From Iphione sp. A-MEVVRFRX5 (Eukaryota), in contig OZ320316.1 in NCBI GenBank assembly GCA_976226885.1, forward strand, positions 79,484,001 through 79,548,000: a stretch of DNA of 64,000 bases, given 5' to 3'. A program made the position numbers and the translations under genes. Shown here piece after piece: positions 55,848 through 64,000 of the stretch (position 1 is the stretch's first letter; every line of letters starts with the position of its first letter). A model generated the notes under the pieces. The model did not search any database, was not told the origin of the DNA, and saw nothing but the letters and a program-made list of their open reading frames with translations.

Positions 55848-57167
55848 GGGGAAAGTTGGGTAATTTGGACCAGTGGGTAAATTGGACCACATCAAGATCT
55901 CTGATTTTCAGGCAAGGAAGGAATATGAGCACCATCCAACAATAAGTGATATAACTACACAATGTCTCAGAACTAAAATATGGTGGCTTCAAAAAAACAT
56001 GTGCCAAGCTGAGACACATTATTGGTTTTGCGTCTCACTGATTTAATTTTACCACTTATATTTGGCAATGTAGTTACAAGCAGAAAGTACATAGACCCCT
56101 ATCATAACTTTATATCAGTACTGTCTCCCTCAGAAGCAATACTAACATCAAGTTTAGTCTCTGTCATCTACACAAAAATGAGCAGAAAACATTTTTCCTA
56201 CAGATTGGTGTGTGGGTAAATTGGACCACTATAGGGAGGGTATATTGGACCAGTAGTCAAACTACCTGACTCAGTCCAATCTACCTACATAACCATTACC
56301 TTTTCTTTTATCTGATAAGCAGGATTTGGAGAAGCCTTGTGGTATCCATATTTGGTCTCAACATGGAGCTATCATATGAAGACAATCTATTTTGAACTAA
56401 GACAGTAAATGTTGTGCAAGTTTATGGAACTCTATTATGTACCCCTTTCTACTATTAGTATTTTTTTTATTGAAATGAAAGACATCATTTAAAAAAATAA
56501 ATAGAGAAACATTTATTGGTTTTTATTTATTTACTTTGGTTTTAACATATTTTAGACTTTTAATGACAAGATAACTGGTATGGATGTGAGGTAATTTGCC
56601 CAGGTATTCAAGTACGTCATCAACAAAGCTCCCATCACTAGTGCAAGGAGCTTTCTAGGCCTGAGAGGTTATCCTGTCAAATGAATTTTTAAAATGTTTG
56701 GTGAAACATTTTAAATATACATGTACACACAGATTATAAAGTTGCAGTAACAGGTATGAAAGGAATCTAATACCCCAGGAATGCAGGTCCCATTCTGTTG
56801 TACATATTTTGATGGTAGAAGTCACACGGTCCATGGGCATTACAACTAATAGTGACCAAAACCTTTCAAAGCCATGCTGTTGTTCATGGGACTTACAATT
56901 TTAGGACCTAGATTCATTTTACACCTGACTGTTCAGACTATGGCACCTGGTCCAATTTACCCTCCCTGTTCGGTAAACTGTACCAGTCATAAAAAATTTT
57001 CAATTGCATTTTACTCAAAGACTAATGTAACTAAAATTCCCCCAGTTTGTTAAAATATGCTGCAGCCCCTATTGTTTCAAAATCAGCAAAGTTTTTGTAC
57101 AGTGGCTTAGACATTTTGATTTTAGAGCATGTTTTTCTTAGGGGGTCCAAATTACCCACCCTTCCCC
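55848..57167. mobile_element. Non-autonomous Tc1/mariner-superfamily (pogo-like) element, 1320 bp, TA target-site duplication
   Basis: Left TIR GGGGAAAGTTGGGTAATTTGGACC vs reverse complement of the right end GGGGAAGGGTGGGTAATTTGGACC (22/24). TA on both sides (55846-55847, 57168-57169). Repeated GGGTAAWTTGGACCA motifs at 55858, 55875, 56214 and 56238, and inverted at ~56948. No transposase ORF; about 4 CpGs. Confidence 0.88.
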
Positions 57168-58962
57168 TACGTTATTTTCTTGTTTAGTGGATTCTACCAA
57201 TTTCATACACATATTTCGTTTTAATTTCCATCCATACGTCCACCTCCTACGATTCTCGTCAATGTCCACTTCTGAATACACACCTGGCTCTCTTGTAATC
57301 TCCTGGCGGTATTTACCTTTGCCCAAAGCCGTGTATGTTTATCTGTTTTCTCCTAAGTTGTAATCATTTCACCTCCTAAAATATCATGGTGCACGTACGG
57401 GTAGGCTCTGGCCCATGGGAACCCCTTTCGGGCTGTATCAAGTGTTAATGTGTGGCCGTGGCCACGATCTATAATGGCGCCTTATCATGACCGGCCCATA
57501 CCGTGTTCATACGGTCCCACAGGGTAGTGGTCGGCTCACACAAGCATCTCCATAAAGGCACGGACCGTTCGAGCGAGGACGCGCTCGGCAGAAGAGACTT
57601 ACTCTTGCATCGACAGCGTGTCAGCTCGGCTAGAAAATCACGGGCTAGCGGCGAGGGCTTATATGTGCACTGATGCAGGGGTATGTGAATGTGTGAGTTG
57701 GATAGCGCCGCCATAGTGCAGAGGATCTTTTGGACAAACACTAATTGTTCTATTTTTTTTACTATATGCACATTTTTAGACTCTGTTGCGAGATAGGTGA
57801 ATAGACCATAAGATCTTTCTTCGGAATGAATCGACCAGCAATAAAACTACCGTTTTCCCTTTATAATATAGAAGAATGGATGTGGATTCAACATGGGTTG
57901 CAGGTAGTGTGGAGATTAGAATGTGCAAAATACAAGATACAAGATGTTTATTCAACAAATGTGTGTAATATTAGTACACAATGTTTTATTCATGTGAATT
58001 TCATATAAAAATGAAAAAGTATCACTTGCGTAATTTAAACGGTATTATGCAACCGTCCACCTTGATTGGCTTTGGCCATAATTATACATGTATGTACACG
58101 TATATTTCATATATCGAGCGTCGCTCGTTAAATGACAAAATGGTTCAAATGCCCCGGCAAGGGAACTTTTGCGGGTCACTGGCTCGGGTGCGGAACTCTG
58201 TTCCCCAGGACATAGGGTGGGTGTTCAGTTTGTGTATATATAATATATTTTTGCTGGAATATTTTCCGGAGAAGTCTTCATGGAATTTGTAGGATGGCCA
58301 TCCATTCACGTGTTGGCAAACAGTAAAATGAATTATACTCCGATGCTAGTTCGACTTTCTCCCGACGACCGCCTGAAATGTATGGTCTAGTTTTGACCGA
58401 TATTGATTAGCAGGGCTTAACGTTGACCTTCTTTCACAAAGCGGTGGGGCTTGAGGTCCGTGCAGGGACAGAACTATTAAATTTACATGAACTTGATTGC
58501 CTTTGCCCGTCTACCTCTACAATTGTCCGAGTACTACAAAAACACTCATTCCATCAGCAGTCGAACAAGAGAGCTTTCTCCAAGCACGTTAAAAGCCCGC
58601 CAAATAAGATTTCCTCCTTATCTGCACCAAAACACACCACGTATTGTATCCTACTCTAAAGGCATCCTAGGGAAAGAGGTTTTAGAGGAATTCTCCAGAG
58701 GACGTTTTCAAATGTCCTTTGGTAGTCGGGGTCAGGTTGGCTTCTCCCGGCGGTCCGATGAGCTGCTTCCCGCACGTCCGAGTCGCGCGCAAGTGCTCCT
58801 GTATGTGCTGAATGTGTGCGAATGAATAAGACATTGGGATATTGAATGGGGAGCACAATCAGACCGAGGTAGAACCCAGAGGCGGCGTGTCAGCGGTTGA
58901 GTCAGGAGGGACCGGCCTGCTCGGTGAGGGCGGGCATGACGGAGGTCGTGAGGGAAGATGGC

Positions 58963-58986
58963 GGGTGGGCGGGCGGACGGGGGGGG
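58963..58986 (+). other. Canonical G-quadruplex-forming motif
   Basis: GGG-T-GGG-C-GGG-CGGAC-GGGGGGGG. Sequence potential only. Confidence 0.55.
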
Positions 58987-60570
58987 CGGTCGGGCGGAGG
59001 TATTCTGGGCACCCTCTGGTGCCAGACACGGTCAGGCATTGTGCCCACCTAGAACACAACTCACCCCCACACTTGCTCTTTGTCATGCACGGCAGACGGC
59101 CCTGTCGGCGGCATGAGAAAAATGTCCCGCGTTGATCAATAATCCCCAGATTAAGGGACGGCCTAGATTGCACCCGGCTCTCTTGCAGGGGCGATTCATA
59201 TAGTGGGACCTGAAACAACGTAATGATCAAAGAACGACTCACAGGATGGGAACCGTCCGGTAATTTGGACTTTCTGAGCAAAACAGGCATTATACCCTTC
59301 AGCAACTAATTACACAAATTGTCCTTTGATTGAAAATAAGTAATCTGGTTAGCCCCTTCATTGTATATTTACAATTCATGACAAGTACCTCTGAACTATG
59401 TATATTTAGTAAGAGTTTCAATCACGACAAGGAACACACCGGGAATCCAAATTTGGAAACTCTATCAGAAAACAAACTGTGATAAAAGAGCTGATTATTT
59501 ATCGAGAACGGTCTACCTCTAGTAGATCCATAGGGTGCGCTTCATCGTCTCCCTTGCATAGAGTCTATGCTGATGCTAGTCCTTAGTTTTGAGGATTTTT
59601 GGACCGGTATGCGTACTGTAGAATTTATCTACTTTCGCTTGCATGTATATACTTGTGTGCTTATATTCCCTGGGAAACGGACGCCAGGTCGATGGAGACA
59701 CTGTTAGCACCGGCACACTCAAAAGATGGCCCTCGTGGGAGTTGCCCGTCCAGACTCCCCCAGTCTGACGCAACCAACAAATCTGAGCATATAGGAAAAC
59801 GTGCCCGTACCCAAAACCGCCGTTCATCTATGACTTTCCCGCCACACTACCACCTTCGGGCATGTGGCGGAGGCAGCGCTTCCATATTTGGTGGTAGCAA
59901 ATGACGTCGACGCCTGGTGGCAAATTGATGGTGGCGACCAGCATGCGCTTGTACCTGTGCCAGCTAGATATTTGCTGTCAGTCGGACAACAGCCTCGTTG
60001 GTTGGGTGGTAGGTAACTTAGATCAATAAAGGTTCATATAATTCATTAGGCATCTTGGAGAGATTTTAGCAATAAAATATAATGTATATATGCATTTTGT
60101 ACAAGCAGATTAACTTGTAGCCCCACTAAATGAAATGGAGAACATTTTTTCTGTGGAGGGTAAGTACTCACAGGCTTATGTTGCCAAAGATTTTCCCTGC
60201 CATCAGTGTATAGCACCAAGCTAAAGAAAGAATAAAAAGTCTTCGATACGATAAAACGTGGTTGGTTACTGGAGAAGATAAAAGTGTTTTGGGATCAGTA
60301 GGTACCAAGTGAAACCGGCAACATGTCAATCTTTTCGTTGTTGCAGACGAGATGATCGTAAGTAGGATATTGAAAAGCTTCTTAGTTGCAGGCTTAACTT
60401 GAGACCCTCAGCGTTAGGCATCATTTGGTGGACTCCCTGGGGTGTTCTCCTGTGTTACTCATAATTGCAAAACAGGCTCTGACTTGCCTCAGAGACAAGA
60501 CCATCCGTTTTAGGAATCAACCATGATCTACGAAACGTTTTAGATAGGATAGGTATTACATATGATATAA

Positions 60571-60612
60571 AGTATATAAAAGTATATAAAACATGTACAT
60601 GTATGTATGTAT
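60571..60612. repeat. Short tandem duplication (AGTATATAAA x2) followed by ACATGTACATGTATGTATGT
   Basis: Read directly. Confidence 0.75.
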
Positions 60613-63600
60613 CCACCAGCGGTGAGGTGTTATTTAAAAAGCAACATAGGCCTTACCATTAACGTAATCCAGGTTCTTAGAGACGATAATTCCAAATTAG
60701 GAGGCTGTGTTTTAGTAAGAGCATTAGCAAATTTCCCTCTTAAGATATACACTACGAACAACAAAGAGCTGACGTTGTAATTATTTATCCGAGCTCCCTT
60801 TTGTTGCACTCATACAACCATATGAAGTAAGGCGCACTTTTCCCCAATGAGTTAATGTAGGGTGGTCTGTTGAGCTGCCATGGGTAACGCGTAAGAAGAT
60901 CAGGTCACCTGCCCGGTCCCTAGTGATGAAGAGACGAGAGAGGGCGCAGTCGGCGAGAGATCTAGATAGCTGGAAACAAGGAGCAGGGTAGAGGGGGATA
61001 GCCTGCGGCTGCAGGCAGTTTTCTGCATGTCTGAAGGCGAGCGAGAAGACAAGAAGCCACTGTGCTGCTTCCGGCGGCTTACTGGTGGAAGCCAGTGGCG
61101 TGCCTCGTACAAAACCTCGTCCTTTCAACAGACGTGGGAATTAGGATGTAAAGCAAGGCATGATGTCAGGATGGATGGATGTATCTCGATTTCTGAAGCA
61201 ACATTAAGAATTGACACACAGCCTTGCTTTTGCTGTGTTGTCATTGATAACTGGCAGGTCATTTTCCTTCCAATGAGTTTAGGCTTAATCCGGTCAGGCA
61301 CATGCGTGATTAACTCTCAGTTACAGCTGTCAGTCTATATGATTCCAGATAAATAAGTAATTGGTCGGAGAATTACAGTCTAGCTAAAATTATTTTCGTT
61401 CTTACATCTCTTCGTAGCTTCGTTTTAGATAAATGCCCTTACATATCTATCATTTCTGTCCTCCATTATCCTCTAAGCTTCTTACATGCACTATGTCCTT
61501 CATGCTTTAAATATATTTAATCCTGACTGCACATGCATACAGAGTGTATATATTTCAAACGGTTCTCCATTTTTATGTCAATCTATATCTCCCCCTTCTT
61601 TTCCTCTCCCTTTTGTCCCTCTCCATCCCTTTTTATGAGGCAAAATTCTGAAAGTTGAAGGCAGCCGTGGGAGGACAATGGCCGTGGAGTGCCCGTGGAT
61701 TTTTTTGCACTCGCTTCTCCCAATCGCGGACCAGACCTCCAGCGCGCTTCTCGGTTGTTAATTGAATCAGAAAGACAAGGTTTTCAGGGAAATCTGTGTC
61801 ACGTCTGATGGAAATATGAGTGTTCATCATCTCATCAGCCGTCGTAAATCGCTGCGCGGCTCAGCATGTGTGACTTTGACAAAGCGGTCTGTTTGCTATC
61901 CAATGAGATACTCCTCTGTCTCACTTCAAAAAAGGAGAGTTCTTATTTGGGAGCCACAAGAGCTTGGATCTTAAATGAGCCAACTCAGACCGGAATTACC
62001 CTATTGTTCCTCTGGCATTTTAACTGGGACAATGACAAACCGTTCCGATCACCTTCTCTGTAGAGTAGGGACAGTTAAAAGAACGGAGGACATCTTGCCA
62101 CCTACCGATAAGGAATCTAGGACACCAAAAAATAACAAAACTGTGCTGTGCGGATAATGGTTTGAAGGGGTAGTCAAAATTGACCGTCTTCCCCGTAGGA
62201 AGACAAATCAATTGACGGTACATGAAATGTGTGTTAATTCAATCGAGCTAGAACTGGACGGCCTCTAGGGAGCATTAATTCACAACCGTTGTCAATACCT
62301 TGTGCTGTGCAACCAATACAATGCGACGACCAATGTGCCACACTTTCAACGGTATTAAAAGCCCATAGATAAACCGACCAGATCTGAGATCAAATTAGTC
62401 GGCTGTAATGTGTTTCTTATGCTCCGTTTCGCCGCCCGGTCAATACAACTACTGGTTTCCTTCTTCCGATGTCAGTTATTCGTGTCGGCTCCCCCAACGT
62501 CAATGAATTTGGAGCTCTTGTCTGTGAAAGAAATGTGCGACCGAAGACTAAAGCCCCCATTCCATTTACTTCTATCTTATAGTATCATTCCAAAAATGCT
62601 CAACATTAAGTAAGTCCTCTGTCGAGCTGTCACTTTCACGGGTTGGGGACCCCATTTAAAGATCGGGAAAATCACATTAATGCATCTTAATGTATTTACC
62701 TCGAAGGGTACCTAGCAATGATCTTATTTTACATAATCCATAAATTCTGATTCAATTTTATTAAAGCAACAAAGACAGGGTATTTTCCTGACTCCCCGAC
62801 CACGTTCCGGTGATTCCTTTTATGCTAAAATATTTTTCATTTCGCTGCCTTGAGAAGTAGCAGACGCAAATGCCTTTAGATATTATGTGTGAACATGTTT
62901 TTTCCTCAGTATGCTACGGCTGTTGTTTTTCTTCGTATAATCCAGTATTCAAATCAAGACGAAGTCAACTATCATCTTGTGCACATAATGTGAAGTGACG
63001 TTTGGAATGAGAAATGGGATTCTTGCTGGGGGACAAGTCTTGCGCATTTGCAATAGGCCGGTGCGACGTAGCCGGTCGATGACGAATGCCACCCCCGGTT
63101 AAAACGTCGCCGTTCTGCTTGCAGGGACGGCGAGTTGACAACAAATGTGACATTAATAATTCAGCCCACCTCTTCCTCGTGCGGCCCCATCTTTGTGTTC
63201 CTCAGCTCCTCCTAACACTCCTTCACACCTCCCCCAGTCTCCTTCTTACCTGGTACTTTAGGAATACTTACAACAGGCCTTCGTTGGCCCCTTGCTGATA
63301 ATCCTGTCGTGTGGGGTTGCGGGGGAGAAGGAGGGGGAGGCATCCTCTTACGCTGCAAACCACCGACGCACACGGTTGCAGGCGGCAGCGGAAGCAATTC
63401 CTGCAGCAGTTGGCCTAGATATAACCCTAATATCGGGCCCAGTATTGATCGCGGATTGGCCAAATGTGACCTCCATTCAAGTCCCATAGATCGGGTTGTG
63501 GTCATGGAAAAATCAAACCCAACGTGGACAGAACCTCGTATGTTTGTATGTATACTCGATGAAATACGACGTGCGATGTTTGCGCGGTGCATGCTGACAT

Positions 63601-64000
63601 TGTTCTATTACTTTTTGGGGACTGTATTGCCTGACACTCTTGACAAATTACCACGCGTTTCTCTACTTCTCTGTGGTCATAGAGGTCATGTCGACGAGTT
63701 AACCTTGGAAGATGTGCAATGGCAGAAGGCGCACTTGTCCGTGTGGGGCTATCTAGACATTTGAGCAAAGATGTCACTGGGGATAAATAATTCTCTGACC
63801 CAATGCTCCCGGGGCAAACTCTCCGACGCTGCCTTACCTGAGCACCGGACGTTTGGAATAAGGGGCCCAGGTGACTGAGGTGGATGGTAATTAGCCCACT
63901 ACAGCTAGCAGGTGACCGTTGGCCTGCTCCAAGCCGGATTCATTACTATGCCCTCAGACGACCATTTGTGGCTAATATCCGATGGGATCAGGCGTCGCCT

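Noticed and set aside
58142-58165. GGTTCAAATGCC as a tRNA/SINE B-box
   Set aside because: No A-box at the right distance and no cloverleaf.
58842-59305. 148-aa and 97-aa overlapping ORFs with Pro/Gly-rich tails
   Set aside because: Driven by the G-rich tract at 58925-58998.
63309-63764. 151-aa ORF near the window end
   Set aside because: Gly-rich start from a G-rich patch, no domain signature, and overlapping ORFs of similar quality on both strands.

Overview
This 64-kb window looks like eukaryotic (animal) non-coding DNA of roughly 42-44% GC. The repeat content and a strong excess of TACATGTA suggest a marine invertebrate such as amphioxus, but that is an inference, not an identification. 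I cannot support any intact host gene, rRNA, tRNA, CRISPR array or prokaryotic-type system. Apart from the LINE-derived ORFs, the ORFs in the track look like chance open frames. What the sequence does support is a set of dead transposable elements. (1) A near full-length RTE-clade LINE on the minus strand (~42.8-46.5 kb). It is nested in the opposite orientation inside an older CR1/L2-group LINE (+ strand, ~41.4-42.8 kb and ~46.5-46.9 kb), whose RT core is missing at the junction. (2) A Tc1/mariner-type non-autonomous element with a TA target duplication (55848-57167), probably carrying a related element inside it. (3) A Kolobok-like MITE (54764-55099). (4) Two related piggyBac-like non-autonomous elements (27846-29066, and a fragment at ~1.1-1.44 kb). 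(5) A small TIR element with an internal GGCAAA minisatellite, plus several microsatellites. The most unusual signal is a sharp, element-bounded CpG desert: about 8 CpGs in ~3.7 kb of the RTE by hand count. The older host LINE and the flanks keep far more. I did not find a convincing new biological system. The near-random character of the DNA between the repeats also leaves open that the background is artificial. All counts were done by eye and should be recomputed.
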